DNA from: Anaerolineae bacterium
GTDB taxonomy: Bacteria > Chloroflexota > Anaerolineae > B4-G1 > SLSP01
Direction of reading: 5' to 3'
Length of the DNA stretch: 64,000 nt
NCBI GenBank assembly: GCA_035347995.1
Contig: DAOPQD010000006.1
Coordinates: 1,019-65,018 of the forward strand
The position numbers and the translations under genes are program-made. Positions within the stretch are counted from its first letter, which is position 1; every line of letters starts with the position of its first letter. Shown here in pieces: positions 1 through 8,547 of the stretch. The notes below the pieces were generated by a model, which had not been told where the DNA came from, did no database searches, and saw nothing but the letters and a program-made list of their open reading frames with translations.

Positions 1-179
1 GGCGCGCACACCCCGAGGTGGATCCGGCGGCCTGCACGGCCTACGGCGATACGCATTTCGACCGGTTGGCGCTGGAATGGGCGGGACATCCGGTGGCGGT
101 GTATCCCACCCCGCGCCTGGCGGCCCTCGCTGCCGAACGGGGGTGGCCGATTGTGGGGAGCCCCCAGCAGTCGGATTGA
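1..179 (+). CDS. 3' end of a gene truncated by the window edge (...WAGHPVAVYPTPRLAALAAERGWPIVGSPQQSD*); product unknown
   Basis: Open frame 3 runs from the window edge to TGA at 177-179. Not in the ORF track because it has no start in the window. Confidence 0.3.
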   Translation, partial: RAHPEVDPAACTAYGDTHFDRLALEWAGHPVAVYPTPRLAALAAERGWPIVGSPQQSD

Positions 180-221
180 GCTCTCTACGGCTCCCTCAGG
201 GATGAGGATGGATGGAAGCGC

Positions 222-905
222 TCACTTGCGGAACCAATAGCCTATGCCGTGCTCGGTGAGGATGTGCTGCGGATTGCGGGGGTCGTCCTCCAGTTTGGCG
301 CGCAGACGGCTGACATAGACTTTGAGGTAGTTGATCTCATCGGTGTACTCGCGGCCCCACACGCGGGCCAGCAGCGTCTCATGGGGCAACACCTGGCCGG
401 CGTTGCGCACCAGGTGGTACAGCAGCCGGTACTCGGTGGCGGTCAGCGGCACCGGTTCGCCGTGCCGCGTCACCTCCCGGCGGACAAAGTCCACGGCCAG
501 GTCGCCGCTGACGAAGGGCTTTTCGTGGGCGAGGGGCAGCGACTGTGCCCGACGCAACACGGCCCGCACCCGCGCCAGCAGCTCCAGGTGACTGAAGGGC
601 TTGGTGATGTAGTCGTCGGCCCCTAATTCCAGGCCCCGCACCTTGCTCAGTTCGTCGTCGTGGACCGTGAGCATGATCACCGGCACGTCGGAAAAGAGAC
701 GGATCTGTTCCAGGACCTGGAAGCCGCTCATGTCCGGCAATCCGACGTCCAGCAAGACCAGCGCCGGCCGTTCTCGTTCCAGCATGGTCAGCCCCTCCTC
801 GCCGTCAGACGCGGCGAGGATCTCCCAGTTCGACTGTTGCATGCCGAAGCTGACCGAGATCAGGCGCACGACGTCGGGCTCTTCATCCACGATCAGGATC
901 TTCAT
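222..905 (-). CDS. OmpR/PhoB-family response regulator (receiver domain + winged-helix DNA-binding domain)
   Basis: MKILIVDEEPD...D(54) receiver motifs. C-terminal ...TATEYRLLYHLVRNAGQVLPHETLL...GIGYWF winged helix. Overlaps the upstream kinase stop by 4 nt (operon). Confidence 0.9.
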   Translation of the reverse strand: MKILIVDEEPDVVRLISVSFGMQQSNWEILAASDGEEGLTMLERERPALVLLDVGLPDMSGFQVLEQIRLFSDVPVIMLTVHDDELSKVRGLELGADDYITKPFSHLELLARVRAVLRRAQSLPLAHEKPFVSGDLAVDFVRREVTRHGEPVPLTATEYRLLYHLVRNAGQVLPHETLLARVWGREYTDEINYLKVYVSRLRAKLEDDPRNPQHILTEHGIGYWFRK

Positions 906-2671
906 CCGTTAGCCCCTTTCAATGCCGGGAGGGCGAGGAAAAAAGTGCTTCCCCGCCTGGAGCTACTTTCCACCCAGACGTGCCCGCCGTGCAATTCCAC
1001 CAGCTGACGGGCGATGTAAAGCCCCAATCCCAGCCCCGCCTTCCCGGTGCCGTCGGGGATGACGTAGAAGCGCTGGAAGAGGTGCACTTGATGTTCCCGG
1101 GGGATGCCGGGGCCGTCGTCGGCGACGGCGATGAGCAGCTCGTCATTGCGGCGTTCCAGCGTGACCCGCACGTGCCCGCCCTTGGGGGTGAATTTGTGAG
1201 CGTTCGCCAGGAGATTGGTCAACGCCTGCTCGATGCGGCGACGGTCTACGTCGGCCCACACTGCCGCGTTCGGCAGCACGGTCTCCAGGTGCTGCTCTTT
1301 TTGCTGCATCAAAGGCGCGATGGCCATCACCGTCCGCTCCACGATGCGCCGCAGGTCGGTAGGCTGGGTGGCCAGCGTGACCTGTCCGGCCTCCAGGCGG
1401 GTGGACTCCAGGAGATCGGTGACCAGGGCTTCCAGGCGGTTGGTGTGATGGGTGATGGTCTCCAACAGTTCGGCCTGAACCGCCGGCGTGGCGTCGTGCA
1501 GGAGATCCACGGAGGTCTTGATGCAGGTTAGCGGCGTGCGCAGCTCGTGGGAGACGGCGGAGATGAAGCTGCGCTGCAATTGTTCCAGCCGCTGCAATTG
1601 TTGGACCTGGTCCCGTTCTCGCTGGTAGAGACGGGCGTTGCGGATGGCCAGCGCCGCCTCCTGAGCCAGGGCTTGCAGCAGCGAGAGGGCGCCCTCGTCG
1701 AATTGGGTGGCCGCGCGCTGTCCCACAAAAAGAAGGCCCAGGGGTTCGCCGTTCAACTGCAGGGAGGCGCCGGCATACGTACGGAGGTCCTCTCGGAACG
1801 GCAAATTGGGATACAGGCTGGTGTCGGAAATGACTTGAGGCTCGTCGCTGGCCAGGAGCGTGCGGAAGGGTTCTTCGGTCAGGGGCAATCGCAAACCGGC
1901 GTGCTGTCGCAGATCAATACCGCTGGCCGCGGCCGGCGAGAGCCGGGCGTCGCTTTCGTCGCGCAACAGGAGCACCGCCACGTCGCCGGCCAGCTGCTGA
2001 CGGGCAGCGTCGGTCACCGTGTGGAGGGTTTGCTCCAGGTCCAGGCTGGTGCTGAGTTGGCGCAGCAGCGAGTTCAGGGTGGAGAGGCGCGCGGTGAGCA
2101 CGCGTTCTTGTTCCGTCTCTGCGTGCTCGCGGCGGAGTTGTTCCAGCAGCAAAGCGCAGAGAACCGCGACTATCTGGAGCAACAGCAGTTTGGCTACTAC
2201 GATGTAGAGCGCCACCGGATTCCACAGGCCGGCCTGGTTGACGGTGCAGGCCCCGACGTAGATCAAGCCGACGACTAGCGTCACCAGAATCGTCGGCACC
2301 AGGTCCATATAGAAGGCCGCGCCGATGACATTGAAGACATAGAGGATGAAGAAGCCGGAATGATAACCGCCGGTGAGGTAGGTGGCCAGCGTGGCGACGA
2401 CAGTATCGAGGGCCAGAAAGTTGAGGGGACGCCGTAGCCAGCGGATTCGCCGGCTGGCAAAGAGCAGCACCAGGTTGTAAGTGCCCACTCCTATCACCAC
2501 GTAGAAAGGCGATACCAGCACTCCCTCATCCAGATAGTCGAAGAGCGACAGCACCGTGACCAGCAGCAGTGCCAGCCAGCGCAGGATCAAGAGCATCTGC
2601 CCCACCCAGCTCAAGTGGGAGAGCCGGTAGGCGGGCTCGTTCTGCACATTCCGATCGGCTTTTTTCTTCAT
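902..2671 (-). CDS. Sensor histidine kinase: multi-TM N-terminal domain, GAF, HisKA (SHELRTPL), HATPase_c
   Basis: Six or more hydrophobic helices in the first 180 aa. H-box ISAVSHELRTPLT. N/G1/G2 boxes (DDGPGIP, GLGLGLYI). Co-oriented with the response regulator at 222..905. Confidence 0.85.
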   Translation of the reverse strand: MKKKADRNVQNEPAYRLSHLSWVGQMLLILRWLALLLVTVLSLFDYLDEGVLVSPFYVVIGVGTYNLVLLFASRRIRWLRRPLNFLALDTVVATLATYLTGGYHSGFFILYVFNVIGAAFYMDLVPTILVTLVVGLIYVGACTVNQAGLWNPVALYIVVAKLLLLQIVAVLCALLLEQLRREHAETEQERVLTARLSTLNSLLRQLSTSLDLEQTLHTVTDAARQQLAGDVAVLLLRDESDARLSPAAASGIDLRQHAGLRLPLTEEPFRTLLASDEPQVISDTSLYPNLPFREDLRTYAGASLQLNGEPLGLLFVGQRAATQFDEGALSLLQALAQEAALAIRNARLYQRERDQVQQLQRLEQLQRSFISAVSHELRTPLTCIKTSVDLLHDATPAVQAELLETITHHTNRLEALVTDLLESTRLEAGQVTLATQPTDLRRIVERTVMAIAPLMQQKEQHLETVLPNAAVWADVDRRRIEQALTNLLANAHKFTPKGGHVRVTLERRNDELLIAVADDGPGIPREHQVHLFQRFYVIPDGTGKAGLGLGLYIARQLVELHGGHVWVESSSRRGSTFFLALPALKGANG

Positions 2672-2923
2672 GGTGCTCCCAATGCTTCAGCGTTTCCAGC
2701 GGGCAAAGGTTGCCTTCAGTGTTAATCTACCACCAAGGCTGGGAAACGCAACGCGCGGGCGCATGAGAATGCAACTGGTCGCCAGAGGTGATTGCGCAGG
2801 GCGCGATTTTGATGTACAATAATGGTGTCCGTAGGCCCACGAGGATCGTTTTCAGCGGGGAAGTGAGACATGCTGCTCTATCGGGAAGTGTTCCTGCGGT
2901 AACTACGGCCAACAGGTGAGGCT

Positions 2924-3907
2924 ATGTCAACTACGTGGATGAAAAAACTCGGCTTAGGGCTGATTTTGATGCTCAGTGTGGGCCTGGCCTGCCCTGCGGG
3001 CGGTGCGGCTCAGGCGGAGGAGCCATATCGCTATTTCGCCGAGACCGGGCACATCGTCCGCGGTCAGTTCCTGGAGTTCTTTGACAAGTACGGCGGGACG
3101 CGGATCTTTGGCTATCCCCTCACCGAGCCTTTTGTCGAGAATGGCCTTACCGTGCAGTATTTCCAGAACGCCCGTTTTGAGGCGCATCCCACCAATCCGG
3201 CGCCCTATCAGGTGCAATTGGGGCTGCTGGGGGTGGAATTGAAGTACGGGAGCGCGAGTGTCGCGCCGTCCTCCTCCAATTCGCGGTCACGGCACTATTT
3301 CCCTGAAACCGGGCACACCGTCTCCTATGCCTTCCTGGATTTCTTCAAGGCCAACGGCGGCATTGACGTCTTCGGCTATCCCATCACCGAGATGCACTAT
3401 GAGCGGGGCCGTATCGTGCAATACTTCCAGCGGCTGAAGATGGAATGGCATCCGGAGGACCGGATCACGCCCGTGCAGATCGGGAACTTGGGGCAACTGT
3501 ACCTGAACGCCTATCGCGACCGCATTCCGCCCGAAGCGCTGCGGGCAGTGGCCAACCCGACGCTGGGCAATATCACGCCGGAAGCGACGCCCATCGGCGG
3601 TCTGCAGGTCTCCCTGTCGTTGCGGTATTCGGTACTGGGCAAGGACACCGATCAGACCGTGTCGGCGCATGTCAAGACGGAGGACGGGCTGCCTCTCCCC
3701 AATGCGCAGGTCCGCGTCGAGGTGACCAATGCGGCGGGGAGGGTGCTGGGCTCCAGTCCGGTGGTGCTTACCGACGCGCGTGGTTTCGTCAAAGTGCCGC
3801 TGACGGTGACCGGCGGGCAGAATGGCGAACGGCTCTTCGTTCGGGCAACGGTGACCTCTGGCGGGGTGCAGGCGGGGGCCGAGGACGTGTTCTTGTTGTG
3901 GTGGTGA
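2924..3907 (+). CDS. Secreted protein with two LGFP-like repeats (F.ETGH.V...F..F....GG...FGYP.TE...QYFQ) and a C-terminal Ig-like/carboxypeptidase-regulatory-like domain
   Basis: Signal peptide MKKLGLGLILMLSVGLACPAGGAAQA. Two ~55-aa internal repeats visible by eye. Domain names are by recall only, no search was run. Confidence 0.55.
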   Translation: MSTTWMKKLGLGLILMLSVGLACPAGGAAQAEEPYRYFAETGHIVRGQFLEFFDKYGGTRIFGYPLTEPFVENGLTVQYFQNARFEAHPTNPAPYQVQLGLLGVELKYGSASVAPSSSNSRSRHYFPETGHTVSYAFLDFFKANGGIDVFGYPITEMHYERGRIVQYFQRLKMEWHPEDRITPVQIGNLGQLYLNAYRDRIPPEALRAVANPTLGNITPEATPIGGLQVSLSLRYSVLGKDTDQTVSAHVKTEDGLPLPNAQVRVEVTNAAGRVLGSSPVVLTDARGFVKVPLTVTGGQNGERLFVRATVTSGGVQAGAEDVFLLWW

Positions 3908-4020
3908 GCGCCGACCGCTGGCGTTACGGAGCATCGGCTTTGCGACCGCGTGGGGAATTCCTCACGCGGTTTTGTTTGCCTGTTTGCCGGGCGGAGGTGA
4001 ATTGAAAGGGGGGCAGGCAG

Positions 4021-4200
4021 CTATTCCTGGCCTTCTTCTGCATCGCCCGACAGCTTCAGGCGCTCCAACAGGTGTTGCAGCCAGGAGCGACGCTCAGGAG
4101 AATGTTGTGCCGGCTTCTGGACGCGGCGAAGGCGCGCGACAGCGTGGCGCAGCTTTTGCATTTTGACGACTTGTTCTTCGGTCTCTGGTTTCGTGGCCAT
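4021..4200 (-). CDS. Candidate small ORF (59 aa, MATKPETEEQVVKMQKLRHAVARLRRVQKPAQHSPERRSWLQHLLERLKLSGDAEEGQE), not in the ORF track (below length cutoff)
   Basis: ATG 10 nt downstream of the response-regulator stop on the same strand. Helical, charged composition. Coding status unproven. Confidence 0.25.
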   Translation of the reverse strand: MATKPETEEQVVKMQKLRHAVARLRRVQKPAQHSPERRSWLQHLLERLKLSGDAEEGQE

Positions 4201-4209
4201 GGGGCCTCT

Positions 4210-5040
4210 CTATTTGCCGGACTTTGCCGGCCCGGTTGAGGTGGAGGAAACATCGCTCAATGTGACGAACGTGTAGCCTACCCCGCGCACATTTTGGATG
4301 TAGAGCGGATGTTCGGGGTCCGGCTCGAGCTTGCTGCGCAGCCGGCGAATGTGGACGCGGATGATCGAGCGTGCGCCCCAGGGATCGGCCTCATAGCCCT
4401 GAGCGCAGCGTACCAGATCCTGCGGCGTACAGACCTGATCGGCGCGCTGCATCAGGCATTCGAGCAGTCGGAATTCCGTGGGCGTCAAGTCAATCCGCTG
4501 ATTCTTGAGTGTCACGAGGTGCTTGGCGCGATCTATGAGGACGCCGCTAATCTGCAGGAAACGTTCTTCCTCGGGCGCCTCGGGCTGTGGAATGGGCGTC
4601 TCGACGCTGGCCAGTTCCTGGACCGTGCGCTGCAGGCGTTCCAGCAACAGCCGCCGATGCCGTTCCTGGGCCAGCTCCGAAAGCCCTCGCCGCACCGTCG
4701 CCAGAATGTCCTCGACGGGACAGGGCTTGAGCAGATAATCGTAGGCGCCATTGCGCATGGCCTGAATGGCAGTTTCCAGCGTGCCGTAGCCGGTGATCAG
4801 AATCACGAGGGTTTCCGGGTTGATCTTGTGCAGCCTTTCCAGCACCTGCAGGCCGTTGAGGCCCGGCAGCCGCAGATCCAGGATCACGAGATCGAAAGTC
4901 TCTCCCTGCGCCAGGAGATTCAGCGCCTCTTCCCCTGACCCGGCGAGGGACACGTGAAAACTTTCCAGCCGCAACACTTCCCCGAGGGTGACCCGTTCGG
5001 CAGTTTCATCGTCCACGATCAGAATGTGCGCGTCGGCCAT
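4210..5040 (-). CDS. OmpR/PhoB-family response regulator
   Basis: MADAHILIVDDE... receiver domain plus C-terminal trans_reg_C (LTPTEFRLLECLMQRADQVCT...GVGYTF). Start overlaps the stop of the upstream hybrid kinase. Confidence 0.9.
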   Translation of the reverse strand: MADAHILIVDDETAERVTLGEVLRLESFHVSLAGSGEEALNLLAQGETFDLVILDLRLPGLNGLQVLERLHKINPETLVILITGYGTLETAIQAMRNGAYDYLLKPCPVEDILATVRRGLSELAQERHRRLLLERLQRTVQELASVETPIPQPEAPEEERFLQISGVLIDRAKHLVTLKNQRIDLTPTEFRLLECLMQRADQVCTPQDLVRCAQGYEADPWGARSIIRVHIRRLRSKLEPDPEHPLYIQNVRGVGYTFVTLSDVSSTSTGPAKSGK

Positions 5041-6665
5041 CAGTCTTCCTCTTCCTCCCGGTGTCGGGGCAGGCGCACGATGAAGGTGGCGCCCGCGCCG
5101 GGTGTGCTTTCAACTTCGATGGTGCCGCCATGACGTTCGACAATCCCATAACTGATTGCCAGGCCCAGGCCGGTGCCGGTGGTTTTGGTGGTGAAAAACG
5201 GCTCGAACAGGTGCTCGTAAGCCGTGGGGAGCAGGCCCGGCCCGTTGTCACGGAAGGCCGCGACCACCTGATCGCGCTCCGCGTGGTAGGCGGTGCCGAT
5301 CCATAGCTGCCCCCCGTTCTCGAGGGCTTCAATGGCGTTGATGATGATGTTCAGGAAAACTTGCGTGAGCTGACTGGCAAATCCCTGCACGGGGGGGAGC
5401 CCCGGTGCCAACCGCACCACCAGCTGAATGTTCGCCTGCTCCAGACGCTTGTTGGCGAAGGCCAGGGCGTCCTCCACCGCTCTGTTGAGGTTCACCTCCA
5501 TGGCGACGCCCGAAGCGGGACGGTAGAAATCCAGCATCCGCCGCACGATGCCCACCAGATGATTGACTTCCTGGCGGGCGACGCCGAGGTAGCGCTGCCG
5601 TTCCGCCTCGTCGAGGTTGGGGTGCGCGGCGAGATGCATACTGTTTTGCACGGTCTGCAGTGGATTGTTGATTTCATGGGCGATGGAGGCGGTCAACCTG
5701 CCGATCGCGGCCATCTTCTCGGCCTGGACCAGCTGGTTTTGGGAGCGCTGCAGGGCTTCGGCGAAGGCGGTCAGTTCGCCGTAGAGCCGCGCATTTTCCA
5801 CCGCCACCGAGACGCTCGAGGCAACCCGCTCCAGGATGGGCAGGCTTTGCGCGTCGAGTGTTTCGGGCTGGCCCACCACGGTGAGCAGACCGATGGGTTC
5901 ATCGTGCATGATCAGGGGGACGTACAGCAGGTCAAGCGGCGCGAGGCCCAGCACTTCCGACCAGAAGCCATCGGCGACGGCCGTTTGGAGCACGGAGCGC
6001 CGGTCGTGAAGGGCCTGCGCGGCCGCGCTCTGGGCCACGGGCGCGATGCGGCCTTCGAGCCACGCTCCTTCCGCTCCCCGCGAGGTACGCACGACCCATT
6101 CGCCGGCCTCATCGTCGTAGAGCACGATGGCGAGCATGACGGCTTTCACCAGCCGTTCCAGCCCCTCCAGCGCCGCCGTGAGCACCTGATCCAGGTCCAG
6201 GCTAGCCGACACGCGCCGGTTGATCTCGTCCAACGCCGCCAGCTCTTGATTGCGCTGCCGCAGCACCTGCTCCGTGCGCCGGATCCGCAGGACGGCGTTG
6301 AGGCGCGCCAGCAGTTCCTGAGCGTCGAAGGGCTTGGTGATGTAGTCATCGGCGCCCATCTCCAGGCCCAGGGCCTTGTTCCGCGATTCGCCGACGCCGG
6401 TGACCAACAACACCGAAATTTGATTCAGATCCGGATCCGCTTTGAGCTGTTCGAGGATGTGAAAGCCGTCCAATCCGGGCAGCATCACGTCGAGCAGCAC
6501 GGCATCTACGGGGTGCCCTGCCTGTTGCGTCGTGTGCAGTTGGGCCAGGCCCTCTTCGCCATTGGCAGCCACCAGCACGTCATAACGCTTCGTGGCCAGG
6601 ATTTCCTGGACGAGGGTGACGATAGCTGGATTATCATCCACAATCAGCACACGTGTCGCCGGCAT
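5040..6665 (-). CDS. Hybrid signalling protein: N-terminal receiver domain, GAF domain, HisKA, HATPase_c (response regulator / histidine kinase fusion)
   Basis: MPATRVLIVDDNP...D...K receiver. H-box IAHEINNPLQ. G-boxes (DNGPGL, GTGLGLAIS). ORF track starts at 6842, but the ATG at 6665 (MPATRV, preceded by GGAG) or 6701 is more plausible. Confidence 0.85.
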   Translation of the reverse strand: MPATRVLIVDDNPAIVTLVQEILATKRYDVLVAANGEEGLAQLHTTQQAGHPVDAVLLDVMLPGLDGFHILEQLKADPDLNQISVLLVTGVGESRNKALGLEMGADDYITKPFDAQELLARLNAVLRIRRTEQVLRQRNQELAALDEINRRVSASLDLDQVLTAALEGLERLVKAVMLAIVLYDDEAGEWVVRTSRGAEGAWLEGRIAPVAQSAAAQALHDRRSVLQTAVADGFWSEVLGLAPLDLLYVPLIMHDEPIGLLTVVGQPETLDAQSLPILERVASSVSVAVENARLYGELTAFAEALQRSQNQLVQAEKMAAIGRLTASIAHEINNPLQTVQNSMHLAAHPNLDEAERQRYLGVARQEVNHLVGIVRRMLDFYRPASGVAMEVNLNRAVEDALAFANKRLEQANIQLVVRLAPGLPPVQGFASQLTQVFLNIIINAIEALENGGQLWIGTAYHAERDQVVAAFRDNGPGLLPTAYEHLFEPFFTTKTTGTGLGLAISYGIVERHGGTIEVESTPGAGATFIVRLPRHREEEED

Positions 6666-6923
6666 GGGCTGCTCCGTCAGGTTTTTGCGCGGCAAGGACA
6701 TCTGACCGCGTTCCGAAGAAAAGTATAGCGTATTTTGCAAGCTTGTAAAATGTGGGTGATGACCCCCATGGCAAATGCCCTTTGCTCTTGCTGAGTTTCG
6801 GCTTTGTTGTATACTTATGAGCAGAAATGAGGCTCTGCTCACAGGTTTTTCCGCGCGTTACAGCCTGGTATGAGCCTCCCGCCCTTGCAAGGGACCCATT
6901 ATCTTTTACGAAGGAGACATACC

Positions 6924-8450
6924 ATGCGCTACCCTCGAGCTGCCGGCATTCTGTTGCATCCAACGTCTCTGCCTGGCCCTTATGGCATGGGTGGGATCGG
7001 TGAAGCGGCGTTTCAGTTCATAGATTTCCTTGTGGAAAGCGGGCAGACGCTGTGGCAAATCCTCCCCCTCGGCCCGACCGGTTATGGCGACTCCCCCTAT
7101 CAATGTTTCTCGGCCCTCGCGGGCAATCCTTACCTGATCAACCTGGATTGGCTGGCCGCGGAGGGAGACCTCGATCCGGCAGATCTGGCCGAGGCGCCGG
7201 CCTTCCCCGACGAGTGGGTGGACTACGGCCCGGTGATCTCCTTCAAGACGGCGCTGTTGCACCGCGCGGCGCGGCGTTTCCAGGAGCACGCTTCCCCGCA
7301 GCGCCGGGCGGATTTCGAGCAGTTCTGCGCTGAACAGGCCGACTGGCTGGAGGATTTCGCGCTCTTCATGGCGCTGAAGGAGTCTCACGGCGGGGCGGTC
7401 TGGAACACCTGGGAATGGGAACTCGCCTCGCGTCAGCCAGAGGCGCTGGCCTCCGGGCGCGAGCAGCTCGCCGAAGCCCTCCATGCGCACCGCTATTTCC
7501 AATATTGCTTCGATCGCCAATGGGCGCGGGTCAAGCGCTACGCCAACGAACGGGGTCTCAAGATTATCGGGGACATCCCCATCTTCGTCGCTTTCGACAG
7601 CGTGGACGTCTGGGCGCATCCCGAATACTTTATGCTGGATGAGGATCGCCTGCCCACGGTCGTCGCTGGCGTCCCGCCGGATTACTTCAGCCCTACCGGC
7701 CAGCTGTGGGGTAATCCCATTTACAATTGGAAGGCGCTGGCGAAGGAGGGCTATGGCTGGTGGATCGAGCGCGTTAAGCAGACGCTGCGCGCCGTGGACA
7801 TTATCCGCTTCGACCATTTTCGGGGTTTCGAGGCCTACTGGGAAGTCCCGGCGGGCGAGCCGACCGCCATCAACGGCAAATGGAAGAAGGGCCCGGGGCT
7901 GAAGTTCTTCACCGCGCTCAAGGCCGCTCTGGGGGAGTTGCCCCTCATCGCCGAGGACCTGGGCTTCATCACCCCCGAAGTTGCCGCGCTGCGCCGGGCG
8001 CTGGATCTGCCGGGGATGAAGATCTTGCAATTCGCCTTCTCCACCGACGCTTCCAACGCCTATCTGCCGCACAACTACGAACCTAACTACGCGGTGTATA
8101 CCGGCACGCACGATAACGACACGACGATGGGCTGGTATTGGAAGGTGGGCAAGGAGGAGCGGCAGATGCTGCAGCAATATCTGGGGCCTGTCGGCGAACC
8201 GATGAATTGGGCGCTGATCCGGTTGGCGTATCAATCGGTGGCGGATCTGGCGATCGTGCCGCTGCAGGACGTGCTTGGCCTGGGCAGTGAGGCGCGTATG
8301 AACACCCCCGCCAAACCCTCCGGCAACTGGGCCTGGCGCTTCCGGATGGAGGCCTTGCAACCTGAACACAAGACCCGCCTGCGCACCCTGGCGCTCACCT
8401 ACGGGCGCAAGGAACCCGAAGTCAAAAAGGCCATGCCTAGCTACATGTAG
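6924..8450 (+). CDS. malQ: 4-alpha-glucanotransferase (amylomaltase, GH77)
   Basis: MRYPRAAGILLHPTSLPGPYGMGGIGEAAF...LPLGPTGYGDSPYQCFSALAGNPYLI... is the canonical MalQ N-terminus. AAGGAG 7 nt upstream of the ATG at 6924. Confidence 0.9.
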   Translation: MRYPRAAGILLHPTSLPGPYGMGGIGEAAFQFIDFLVESGQTLWQILPLGPTGYGDSPYQCFSALAGNPYLINLDWLAAEGDLDPADLAEAPAFPDEWVDYGPVISFKTALLHRAARRFQEHASPQRRADFEQFCAEQADWLEDFALFMALKESHGGAVWNTWEWELASRQPEALASGREQLAEALHAHRYFQYCFDRQWARVKRYANERGLKIIGDIPIFVAFDSVDVWAHPEYFMLDEDRLPTVVAGVPPDYFSPTGQLWGNPIYNWKALAKEGYGWWIERVKQTLRAVDIIRFDHFRGFEAYWEVPAGEPTAINGKWKKGPGLKFFTALKAALGELPLIAEDLGFITPEVAALRRALDLPGMKILQFAFSTDASNAYLPHNYEPNYAVYTGTHDNDTTMGWYWKVGKEERQMLQQYLGPVGEPMNWALIRLAYQSVADLAIVPLQDVLGLGSEARMNTPAKPSGNWAWRFRMEALQPEHKTRLRTLALTYGRKEPEVKKAMPSYM

Positions 8451-8547
8451 GGAACTGAGCTCTCTATTTCAAACCCACGCAGGGGCGGCAGCAACCGTGA
8501 TTGCTGCCGCCCCTTTGATTGGCCTCTTTTCAGCGCCGGGCTGGCGG

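Noticed and set aside
5361-6728. 455-aa plus-strand ORF inside the hybrid kinase gene, plus similar long antisense ORFs at 249..626, 1547..2278, 6906..8369, 9046..10470, 9257..10447, 15662..16591, 19042..20475, 21173..22333, 23550..24671, 35263..36405, 36602..37603, 45655..47370, 47333..48121, 48944..50728, 52757..53704, 58187..59512 and 61048..61755
   Set aside because: All lie antisense to, or out of frame within, genes with clear family signatures. Their products are low-complexity Arg/Gly/Ala/Pro-rich, as expected from GC-rich non-coding frames.
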